Part shown: positions 26,628 through 34,295 of the stretch, piece by piece
How positions within the stretch are numbered: position 1 is the stretch's first letter
How the letters are laid out: each line of letters starts with the position of its first letter
Assembly (NCBI GenBank): GCA_012523635.1
Contig: JAAYTX010000067.1
Span: 1 to 54,519, forward strand
Source: Elusimicrobiota bacterium
GTDB taxonomy: Bacteria > Elusimicrobiota > Elusimicrobia > Elusimicrobiales > Elusimicrobiaceae
DNA: 54,519 nucleotides
Direction of reading: 5' to 3'
The notes under the pieces: generated by a model
What the model saw: the letters and a program-made list of their open reading frames with translations, nothing else
What the model was told of the DNA's origin: nothing
Databases searched by the model: none
Position numbers and translations under genes: made by a program

Positions 26628-26689
26628 ATGCCTTGCCGTGCAATTTAAAACCCCCGGCTTTAACTTCAAGTCGGGGGTTATAAATTGTA

Positions 26690-26775
26690 CGGAGAGGGTG
26701 GGATTCGAACCCACGGAAGTGTTGCCACTTCACCGGTTTTCAAGACCGGCGCCTTAAACCGCTCGGCCACCTCTC
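26690..26775 (-). tRNA. tRNA-Ser (anticodon UGA)
   Basis: The reverse complement folds as a cloverleaf: GGAGAGG acceptor, GCC/GGC D stem, CCGGT-CTTGAAA-ACCGG anticodon arm (UGA), long variable arm, GTGGG-TTCGAAT-CCCAC T arm. CCA is not encoded. Confidence 0.9.
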
Positions 26776-26871
26776 CATTAAAGACAGTCTATTCTAGAAT
26801 TTACGCGCCGTTCAGGCAACGAAAAGCGGGCGGCGGTGTCACCCGCCGCCCGCCCTGACGCTATTGCAAAA

Positions 26872-27315
26872 CTACTTGCCCTGCAGCGCGGCTATCTCGG
26901 TCACGTGCTCCTGCTCGTCCAGTATGACGTGGCGCAGTTCGTGCTCAAGGCGCTCGAACTCGTAGGGGAACTCTTTCTTGTTCTCCACGATTTTCTGATA
27001 GATTTTCTTGTAAAAATCTATCGCATCCTTCTCGCCTTTCATGTTGACTTCCAGTATCTTCTGGGGGCCGTCGGCCTCGAAGGTCTCGGCCAGCTTCATG
27101 GACGCATCGCCGCCCAGATAGGCGCAGATAAGCGTGCGGAATTTTTCCTCGTGCTTCTGCTCGTCGGAAGCGATTTCCTTCAGCCTTCCGATAAGAGACT
27201 CCGACCCCAGTCCCTTTATTTTCTCGGCATGGGCCAGGTATTGTATCCGGGCAGCATGCTCCAGTTCCAGCGCGCGGTTCAGCATGGATATGACTTCCTT
27301 TCTAATGTCGCTCAT
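26872..27315 (-). CDS. ferritin-like domain protein (bacterioferritin/Dps-related four-helix bundle)
   Basis: LNRALELEHAARIQYLAHA...DEQKHEE...GEKDAIDFY...LEHELRHVILDEQEHV gives paired ExxH-type di-iron ligand motifs in a 147-aa helical protein. Confidence 0.7.
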   Translation of the reverse strand: MSDIRKEVISMLNRALELEHAARIQYLAHAEKIKGLGSESLIGRLKEIASDEQKHEEKFRTLICAYLGGDASMKLAETFEADGPQKILEVNMKGEKDAIDFYKKIYQKIVENKKEFPYEFERLEHELRHVILDEQEHVTEIAALQGK

Positions 27316-27454
27316 TCTTTGTCTCCTTTTGCTTGTCTATACAACTTTTCCGGTGAGAGACTGCGGCGGAAACACACGCGATGCGGACGCCGCGACCGGC
27401 CTTCCCCAGGCCGATTGCGGACTTCTCCCCCTATGTTGCATTTTAACCATACCG

Positions 27455-28279
27455 TCATCCCAAAGCAACATCCAGTATCATCATCACCAGAAAACCGAAT
27501 ATGGCGCCGCCGGTGGCGAGGTCCGTGTTCCCGTTGCGCTGCGACTCCGGGATAACCTCCTCCACAACCACGAAAATCATGGCCCCTGCGGCAAAAGCCA
27601 TCGCATAGGGCAATATCGGCCTTGCCGCCAGCACGGCCGCCGCGCCAAGCACCGCGAAAACAGGCTCCACAATGGCCGAAAGCTGGCCGTACCAGAAACT
27701 TTTAGCGCGGGACAGGCCGTCCCGCCTCAACGGCACGGAAACAGCGAACCCTTCGGGAAAATTCTGTATGCCTATGCCGATGGCCAGCGCCACGGCGCCG
27801 GCTAACGAAGCCTCCGGCAGGCCCGCCGCCACCGCCCCGAACGCCACGCCTATGGCAAGCCCCTCCGGGATATTATGCAGGGTAATGGCCAGCACCAGCA
27901 GAGTGCTGCGCGGCAGCTTTGTCTTTACGCCTTCCGCCTCCGACATCGGGAACCCCAGATGCAGGTGCGGCAAGACCTTGTCAAGCAGGCGCAGGAACAC
28001 CGCCCCGGCCAGAAAACCCAGAGCCGGAGGGACCCAGCGCGGCAACGGGCCGTTGGCGGACATCGCTATTGCGGGCTCAAGCAGAGACCAGAAACTGGCC
28101 GCCATCATCACGCCCGCGGCGAACCCCAGCATCGAATCCAGAGTTTTCTGGTGCACCTGCCGGGAGAAAAACACCGTGCCCGCACCGAGCAGCGTAATAA
28201 ACCAGGTAAACAGCCCGGCCAGAAAGGCCAGCAAAACCGGGTTATAGCCTTGTAGACCGGAGGAAAGTTCAGCGCCCAT
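27455..28279 (-). CDS. zupT: ZIP family zinc/metal transporter (ZupT-like)
   Basis: 8-TM profile. [10 protein letters not shown] and QNFPEGFAV are the paired ZIP signature motifs. Confidence 0.85.
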   Translation of the reverse strand: MGAELSSGLQGYNPVLLAFLAGLFTWFITLLGAGTVFFSRQVHQKTLDSMLGFAAGVMMAASFWSLLEPAIAMSANGPLPRWVPPALGFLAGAVFLRLLDKVLPHLHLGFPMSEAEGVKTKLPRSTLLVLAITLHNIPEGLAIGVAFGAVAAGLPEASLAGAVALAIGIGIQNFPEGFAVSVPLRRDGLSRAKSFWYGQLSAIVEPVFAVLGAAAVLAARPILPYAMAFAAGAMIFVVVEEVIPESQRNGNTDLATGGAIFGFLVMMILDVALG

Positions 28280-28727
28280 TGCGCCCCCTGTTTTTGGCGG
28301 AACAGGCGGAGCAGATGCCCTCCACAGTCATGCGCATGGAAAGCACCTGAAAGCCTTTCCCGGCCTGCGGCGGCAATTTGACGCTGTCGAGTTCCGGGCT
28401 GTGAAAATCGGTTATGCGATTGCAGCGCATGCAATGCAGATGGTGGTGCCCGGCCAGGTTGGGATCGAAGCGTTTTTTGCCGCCCGCCTCGTGCACCGAA
28501 ATGATGCCCAGCTCGGTGAAAGACAGCAGCGCCCTGTACACGGTATCGAATGAAACGTTGGGGAGAACGCGCCGCACCGCGCCGAACACTTCCTCGGCCG
28601 ACGGATGGCCCCCTGCGGAAAGCAGCGCTCCGTATATAGCCATCCGCTGGGGCGTGACTTTCAGCCCGCGGGCCGACATAGCCTTCCTCAGCGCGTTATT
28701 GTCCAGCGATTGCATGGCAACTACCAT
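28269..28727 (-). CDS. Fur family transcriptional regulator (Zur-like by context)
   Basis: The winged-helix N-terminal region ([15 protein letters not shown]) plus [15 protein letters not shown]...CSAC metal sites fit the Fur family. It overlaps the ZIP transporter gene by 11 nt. The start may be the second ATG at 28715. Confidence 0.8.
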   Translation of the reverse strand: MVVAMQSLDNNALRKAMSARGLKVTPQRMAIYGALLSAGGHPSAEEVFGAVRRVLPNVSFDTVYRALLSFTELGIISVHEAGGKKRFDPNLAGHHHLHCMRCNRITDFHSPELDSVKLPPQAGKGFQVLSMRMTVEGICSACSAKNRGRNGR

Positions 28728-28773
28728 ACAATTATTATATAGGAATTATTCTTATTTGTCAAACAGCGGGGCT

Positions 28774-29418
28774 TTACATCATATGCACCAGCCCGCGTAT
28801 GCCGTCCCATATTATCTGCACGCCGATGGCCAGCAGCACGAAGGCCGATATCTTGGAAATAGTCTGCGCTCCGGCGCGGCCTATGCGGTTGATGAAAAGC
28901 TCCTCGTATCGGTAGAAGACGAAAACCGACAGCGCCGCCGCTGCTATCCCGAGCGCGACCCCGAAGAAGGAGAACAATGTTTCAGTACCCCAAAAAGTTC
29001 CGGTAGGCACCAGCGTCAGCGTGACGGCTATTGAGCCGGGCCCGGCCGTGACCGGCAGGGTTAGAGGGAAAAAAGCCTGAGAAGTCACCTTGGTCTTGAG
29101 TTCTGCCTGCTCGTTGGCCGATATGCGCGGTTCGTTGTTGAGCATGCGCCAGGCCGTGTTAAAGAGCAGCAGACCGCCAGCCACGCGTATCACCGGTATG
29201 GAAATCCCGAACAGCTTCAGCGCCCAGCCGCCGACCAGAAGCACAGTCAGCAGCAGCAGGAAAGTGTATTTGCCTATCAGCGCGGCAAGGCGGTGCCTGT
29301 CCGTGTCAGAAACGCCGGAAGTCATTTCCAGAAAAATGGGCGCCATCGCCGGAGGGTTGAGTATAGGGAAAAGCGCGAAAAAAGCGAAACCGGCCTGGTT
29401 GAATATGTCGTGCAGCAT
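28774..29418 (-). CDS. MarC/UPF0056 family integral membrane protein
   Basis: 214 aa, 6 TM. FALFPILNPPAMAPIFL near the N-terminus is the characteristic MarC-family motif. Confidence 0.75.
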   Translation of the reverse strand: MLHDIFNQAGFAFFALFPILNPPAMAPIFLEMTSGVSDTDRHRLAALIGKYTFLLLLTVLLVGGWALKLFGISIPVIRVAGGLLLFNTAWRMLNNEPRISANEQAELKTKVTSQAFFPLTLPVTAGPGSIAVTLTLVPTGTFWGTETLFSFFGVALGIAAAALSVFVFYRYEELFINRIGRAGAQTISKISAFVLLAIGVQIIWDGIRGLVHMM

Positions 29419-29497
29419 GAAAGCCTCCTGCCGTGATGCGGGATTTTAGCCCGGCAATAAATTTTAGCGTTTCCTGACGGACGCCGGAAGCCCGCCT

Positions 29498-31915
29498 CTA
29501 TTCCCGCGAAAGGAAATCGGAAACAGCTCCGGCGAAAAACTCCGGCATCTCAAGATGCACGGTATGCCCGGCCCCGGGCGCGAACAGCCAGCCTGCGCCT
29601 TTTATGCCGTCGCACATTGCGCCGCTCTCCGGCGGGGTTATAAGTATGTCCAACTCCCCGCTAAGCACCATGGTCCGCGCCTTTATGTCTTTCAGGCGCG
29701 AAGCCGTGTCGTGCTTCTCCATTATCCCCACCAGCCTCGCGAAATTGGCCGGAGAAGAAAGATAGGGATATTCCATCGCCGCCTTCATGGCCATCGGCGG
29801 GAATTGCGGCCTCTCCTGATACATCCGGGAAGACAGAAGCCACGGGAAAAGCTCCTCCCAGAATTCCGCGCTGTAGCCGTCGCGCAAAAGCCTGCGCGCC
29901 CAAAGCGAAAAAAGCGCCTTGTTGCGCGGCGAAGTGCTGGCCGCAGTATCCTCAAGCACCAGCGCGTCCACCATGCCGGGATAAGCCAGCGCGAATTCCT
30001 GCGCAACATAGCCGCCCATGGAATGCCCGGCGATATGCGCCTTCTTAACGCCCAGCGCGTCCAGCACGGCCTTTACATCCGCGGCCATGCCCTTTATGGA
30101 CAGCTCCTTTGGGGTTCCGGGGCATTCGCTCCGTCCCGAAAAGCGGTTGTCCGGGACAATCAGCGTAAATCTTTTAGACAGCGGCTCAAGCACCGGCAGC
30201 CATGACGCCCCGTCCGCGCCAAGCCCGTGCAGCAGCACAAGCGGGCTGCCGCTTCCGCAGGTCTGGTAATAAAGCTTGCAACCGTCATGTTCCACAAATC
30301 CCATATCATGCTCCTTTGCGGTGTCCCGTACGCCTGGCAAAGCCTTCATGGCAAGATAGACGCCGTTGGTCCAGCCAAAACCGTCCTGCCCGGGGTATTC
30401 CCCGCCTCCGGCTTCAAGCCCGGTGTCTTCCACATTGTACTTTTCCATCATCTTACCGGTTTTAAGGAAAACCTTTTCATTGAGCGCCGTCCAGCGCCGC
30501 GCCGCCTCAAACGCAAGGCCGTCCTGCCCGTAATTCAGCAATCCGCGCACCGCAATCCACTGAAGCGGCGCCCAGCCGTTTGGCGCGTCCCACTGCTGGC
30601 CCGTATGGACAAGAGTAGTGGCAAACCCGCCGGATTTTAGGAAATGTTCTCGCAAAACCATGGCGGCGGGTGCGGCCCGCTCAACGGGCGCGAGCTGAAG
30701 GAAAAACGGGGCCATGCCCGCCAGCGTCAGCTTCCCGGTGCGCTTGCCGGACACGAAATCAAAATCGGTGTAGAAAGACTGTTCCTTGTCGTACATAAGG
30801 CCGTTCACAGCCTTTTTACGGCTTTCGGCCCGGCGCAGATAAAAAGCCGACTTCGCGGCATCGCGCACCTTATAATAGTCATGCAAAGTCATTTCCATGT
30901 CGTAAAGCAGGCAGTTGAGGTCTACCGGCAGAAGGCTGGTTGTCTTGGCAGTGGACAGAGTTTTGCCGTCTGCGAACCAGCGGCTTGAAAAATCCATGCC
31001 GCTTTCCGCCGCCGCGCGGATATCGCGGTAAATGTCCCGCGGCTGGCGTTTGCCACCCTTCGCCGTAGCAATGTCTTCGGCATAGGCTTCTGGCCTTGGG
31101 GTGTCATTGTCGTCCCAATAACGGTTCAGCAGCGCACCCCCATATTTTACCGCACGCCTGAAAGCCTGCCCGTTTTTCTTCAGCTTCTCTGCGCCGTCCA
31201 TCCAGTAGGCGTACTCTTTTTCAATGGCAGGAACATATGCCGCCAGCAGGGACGGGTCGTCGCGGGCTTTTACCAGCAGTTTCACCAGCAGTGTGAAATA
31301 CGGCGGCTGGGAACGGCTCAAGTAATACGTCCTGTTGCCATTTGGAATATGACCGTAAGTGCTTATAAGATAGGCGAAATTATCGGCCAGGCCGGTCATC
31401 AGCCGGGTCTGCCCGTCCTGCGCCAATCCCAGCGAAGTAAAATAGGAATCCCAATAATAAATCTCGCGGAAGCGCCCGCCCGGAACCACATAAGGATGCG
31501 GCAAGGCCAGCAAAGAGCCGCCGCCCGCACTGGCGTCAGCCGGACGCTCAAGCAACCTCCACAGAGAGCTTACGCGCTCCCGCGCAGAAGTCGCCGTGCT
31601 TGCCGCCACTTCAGCACGCGAGGACGGCGGCAATATGAAGCTTTCCGACACGAATTTTTCAAGCGAAAATCCGGGGACGGATTTCTCTTGTTCATATGCC
31701 GCCATTACTTCAGCCGGGGATTTAAGAGGCCGGGCATCAGGAAAAGTCTTGCTGTCCTTGAACAATCCGGAAAGCTGGACGCGGCTGAACAGTTCTCCGT
31801 AAGCTATGTCCGGCGGAAGCACCTGTTCAGCGGCGCGGGCCGGAACAAGCGCGGCGGACAATAATGCAGTAAACAGCAGACCGCGCCAAAACGATGTTTT
31901 GATTCCGGATTTCAT
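29498..31915 (-). CDS. periplasmic trehalase (GH37) fused in frame to a C-terminal alpha/beta hydrolase domain
   Basis: Signal peptide MKSGIKTSFWRGLLFTALLSAALVPARAAE (ATG 31913-31915; the track uses TTG 31924). GH37 signatures PGGRFREIYYWDSYF and QWDAPNGWAPLQW are present. From the internal Met at 30302-30304 (MGFVEHDGCKLYY...HGLGADG...GHSMGG...) a complete 268-aa alpha/beta hydrolase follows with a GxSxG nucleophile elbow. Confidence 0.9.
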   Translation of the reverse strand: MKSGIKTSFWRGLLFTALLSAALVPARAAEQVLPPDIAYGELFSRVQLSGLFKDSKTFPDARPLKSPAEVMAAYEQEKSVPGFSLEKFVSESFILPPSSRAEVAASTATSARERVSSLWRLLERPADASAGGGSLLALPHPYVVPGGRFREIYYWDSYFTSLGLAQDGQTRLMTGLADNFAYLISTYGHIPNGNRTYYLSRSQPPYFTLLVKLLVKARDDPSLLAAYVPAIEKEYAYWMDGAEKLKKNGQAFRRAVKYGGALLNRYWDDNDTPRPEAYAEDIATAKGGKRQPRDIYRDIRAAAESGMDFSSRWFADGKTLSTAKTTSLLPVDLNCLLYDMEMTLHDYYKVRDAAKSAFYLRRAESRKKAVNGLMYDKEQSFYTDFDFVSGKRTGKLTLAGMAPFFLQLAPVERAAPAAMVLREHFLKSGGFATTLVHTGQQWDAPNGWAPLQWIAVRGLLNYGQDGLAFEAARRWTALNEKVFLKTGKMMEKYNVEDTGLEAGGGEYPGQDGFGWTNGVYLAMKALPGVRDTAKEHDMGFVEHDGCKLYYQTCGSGSPLVLLHGLGADGASWLPVLEPLSKRFTLIVPDNRFSGRSECPGTPKELSIKGMAADVKAVLDALGVKKAHIAGHSMGGYVAQEFALAYPGMVDALVLEDTAASTSPRNKALFSLWARRLLRDGYSAEFWEELFPWLLSSRMYQERPQFPPMAMKAAMEYPYLSSPANFARLVGIMEKHDTASRLKDIKARTMVLSGELDILITPPESGAMCDGIKGAGWLFAPGAGHTVHLEMPEFFAGAVSDFLSRE

Positions 31916-31920
31916 TGCGT

Positions 31921-33330
31921 TCAATTACCGAACAACAGATGGTATCCGGCCTTGGCCTGGCGCAGTAACGCGGTGAACGAGCCTATTTTAAAAAGCCTTT
32001 TCACCAGATACGAGGGCCGGAAGTAAAAGCCCAGATATGCCTTGCGCTGAAGGGCCTCCAGTTCCTCCCTGCCATAAAGGCCGGATGCGAACGGCGGCAG
32101 TATTTTGGCCGGCGGCGCTTTAGCCACGCCGCGCCAGTAGCCCTCTTCCCCGCTTTTAAGCCCGTCCTCGTAAATCTTGATGCCCGGGAAAAGCGTGGTG
32201 ATGCCGAACTGCACGTATTCCGGGTCCAGCTCACGCGCGAAGGCCATGGTTTTTTCCATCTGCTCCCGCGTTTCGCCGGGATAGCCCAGCATGAAGTCTA
32301 TCAGCACCTCAAGCCCGGCCTCCTTGGACATTTTGACGGTGCGCCGCGCCTGTTCCACTGTTATGCGCTTGTTCATGGCCTTAAGAATCTCGTCGTTGCC
32401 GTTTTCTATGCCGTACTGTATGCGCATGCAGCCGGCGCGGCGCAGGGCGTCCAGCATCTCGCGGTCCACGGTGTCCACCCGGCTTCTGACGTCAAACACT
32501 ATGCCCAGGCGTCTTTTTTCAAGCGCGGCGCAGATTGCCATGACGCGCTTTTTTTCGGCCGTGAATATCTCGTCGAAAAAGAAAATTTCGCGTATGCCCA
32601 GCTTCACGCACTCCTCAAGCTCGGCAAGCACGCTTTCAGCCGAACGGCTGCGGTAGCGCCCGCCGTACTGCACAAAGCAGAAGTTGCACCGGAAAGGACA
32701 GCCACGGCTTGTCATCAGCGTGGTGCTTACCTTGTCGCGCCCCACTATGGAATGGTAGCGGTCCACATGCGTCAGGTCCCGCGCAGGGAAGGGCAGCGAA
32801 TCCAAATTCTCCAAGAGCGGGCGGCGCGGGTTGCATACCGCAACCCCGTCTTTTTTGTGGCAAACGCTTTGGACAGCCGACATGTCGCCCCGGCTTTCGA
32901 GGCAGTACAGCAGTTCCTTTAAGCTTTCCTCGCCCTCGCCTATTATGGCGTAATCAACTCCGGGCAAAGCTACAGTCTCAGCCGGAAAAAGCTCTATGTG
33001 CGGCCCGCCCAGCACAACCGGCAGGCCAACCCCGGCTGTTCTAAGAGCCTGCACAAGCTGGTAAACGATATGGATGTTGAATGAAGTGGTGTAAAACCCA
33101 AGCACATCTGGCCGTTCGCGGCCTATGCGCTTTATGATGGCCTCGGTGGCAAGACCCTCTATCTCGGTGTCCAGTATGGCGGCGCGGTGGCGGCTTTTCG
33201 CCCGCAGGTAAGCAGCCAGATACATCAGCCCGAGCGGAGGATAGTGGCCAAGGCTCAGGTCCTTGTATTTATCGGGGACGGTGCTGGTAAGGGCGCCCTC
33301 GGAAGAGACGGAGATAAGCAGTATGTTCAT
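31921..33330 (-). CDS. cobalamin-binding-domain radical SAM enzyme (class B), paralog 4
   Basis: N-terminal Rossmann-like B12-type segment (PPLGLMYLAAYLRAKS...RPDVLGFYTTSF...LPVVLGGPHIELFPAE), then SRGCPFRCNFC (CxxxCxxC). ATGA overlap with the upstream GT2 gene. Confidence 0.85.
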   Translation of the reverse strand: MNILLISVSSEGALTSTVPDKYKDLSLGHYPPLGLMYLAAYLRAKSRHRAAILDTEIEGLATEAIIKRIGRERPDVLGFYTTSFNIHIVYQLVQALRTAGVGLPVVLGGPHIELFPAETVALPGVDYAIIGEGEESLKELLYCLESRGDMSAVQSVCHKKDGVAVCNPRRPLLENLDSLPFPARDLTHVDRYHSIVGRDKVSTTLMTSRGCPFRCNFCFVQYGGRYRSRSAESVLAELEECVKLGIREIFFFDEIFTAEKKRVMAICAALEKRRLGIVFDVRSRVDTVDREMLDALRRAGCMRIQYGIENGNDEILKAMNKRITVEQARRTVKMSKEAGLEVLIDFMLGYPGETREQMEKTMAFARELDPEYVQFGITTLFPGIKIYEDGLKSGEEGYWRGVAKAPPAKILPPFASGLYGREELEALQRKAYLGFYFRPSYLVKRLFKIGSFTALLRQAKAGYHLLFGN

Positions 33331-34295
33331 TTTTTAACCAGCCAGAAGGCCAGCCCTCCCCAGGCACAGCCTGCCGCCCAGCAAAAGCCGCGCAGATAAA
33401 GGAACGGGAACATATAAAGCATTGTGAGGTCCGAGGACGCGCGCAGGGCAAATGCCGCCGGGGCGTATTGAAGCGCGGCCCCCAACAGGTTAAGCGCCAG
33501 CCACCATTTCCACAGCGCCGGGACAAACAGGCACAGCGGCAAAGCCAGCATGATAAGGAAAAACAGCGGCGGCTGAACCGCGTCGCGCACGCCGCTGTAA
33601 TCGTCGCGCCCCAGGCGGCGCGGATGCCGCTTCATCAGCCGCATAATCCAGTAGCCGCGCCAGAACTGCTGACGCAGGAAGGCGCGCGTACTTTCGGGAA
33701 AATAGTGCCCCACGCGGGCCTCGCGCGTGAAGCGCAAAACACAGCCCGCTTCGGTGAGACGGTAGGTGAAATCGGCGTCCTCTCCGCAGGCTATGCGGAA
33801 AGACTGGTCGAAGCCGCCGAAACGCTCAAGCAGGCTTTTCCTCACCGCAAGGCTGAAAGTGCCCAGATAGCGCACCCTGTCCGGCAGGCGGCTATGGCGG
33901 AACTGTATCTCGTAATGTATGCAACGTGCGGCGAGGCTGTGCGGGTTCATTATGCCGTAAGTGCCGCCCGCCGCGCCCACTTCGTCGGAATCAAACATGG
34001 CCAACAGTTTTTCCACCCAGTCTTTTTCCGGGACGCAGTCGGAATCCGTAAAGAAAACCAGTTCGCCGGAAGCGGCACGCCAGCCCGCGTTGCGGGCCGT
34101 GGCCGGACCCGCATTGCTTTGGCGCAACAGCTTCACCCCGGCGAAACCGCGCGCCAGTTCGGGGGTGTTGTCGGTGGAGCCGTCGTCCACCACTATCACC
34201 TCGCAGGGCAGGGTCTGCGACAGGCAGGCTGTCAGCGTCTGCCCTATCGTCCTGGCGGCGTTATAGGCCGGTATCACTATCGAAACCCTATTCAT
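33327..34295 (-). CDS. family 2 glycosyltransferase with C-terminal transmembrane helices
   Basis: Start at MNRVSIVIPAYNAARTI (ATG 34293-34295, ATGA overlap with the upstream gene; the track extends to 34442). Carries VVDDGSTDNT, FTDSDC (DxD) and an RQQFWRGYW motif where processive GT2 enzymes carry QxxRW. Three to four hydrophobic helices occupy the last ~100 aa. Confidence 0.85.
   Translation of the reverse strand: MNRVSIVIPAYNAARTIGQTLTACLSQTLPCEVIVVDDGSTDNTPELARGFAGVKLLRQSNAGPATARNAGWRAASGELVFFTDSDCVPEKDWVEKLLAMFDSDEVGAAGGTYGIMNPHSLAARCIHYEIQFRHSRLPDRVRYLGTFSLAVRKSLLERFGGFDQSFRIACGEDADFTYRLTEAGCVLRFTREARVGHYFPESTRAFLRQQFWRGYWIMRLMKRHPRRLGRDDYSGVRDAVQPPLFFLIMLALPLCLFVPALWKWWLALNLLGAALQYAPAAFALRASSDLTMLYMFPFLYLRGFCWAAGCAWGGLAFWLVKK

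Noticed and set aside
24594-26689. Integron gene-cassette array (attC sites) as the explanation for the Vat gene, the orphan ORF and the interleaved repeats.
   Set aside because: GTCCAAC fits the RYYYAAC core, but the expected partner GTTRRRY at the other end is not present (GTTCAGC / GTTTGCC). The repeats are longer and more heterogeneous than attC sites. No intI or attI is in the window. I kept the idea only as a loose analogy.
26231-26714. Track ORFs crossing the repeats and tRNA genes (26231-26683, 26493-26714, 50643-50852, 50686-50970, 51004-51255, 51024-51329). They show recurring peptide fragments such as SNP(T/S)HA.
   Set aside because: They run through tRNA genes and repeat copies. 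Frame is not conserved between copies, and the shared peptide fragments simply reflect the shared TTCGAATCC nucleotide motif.
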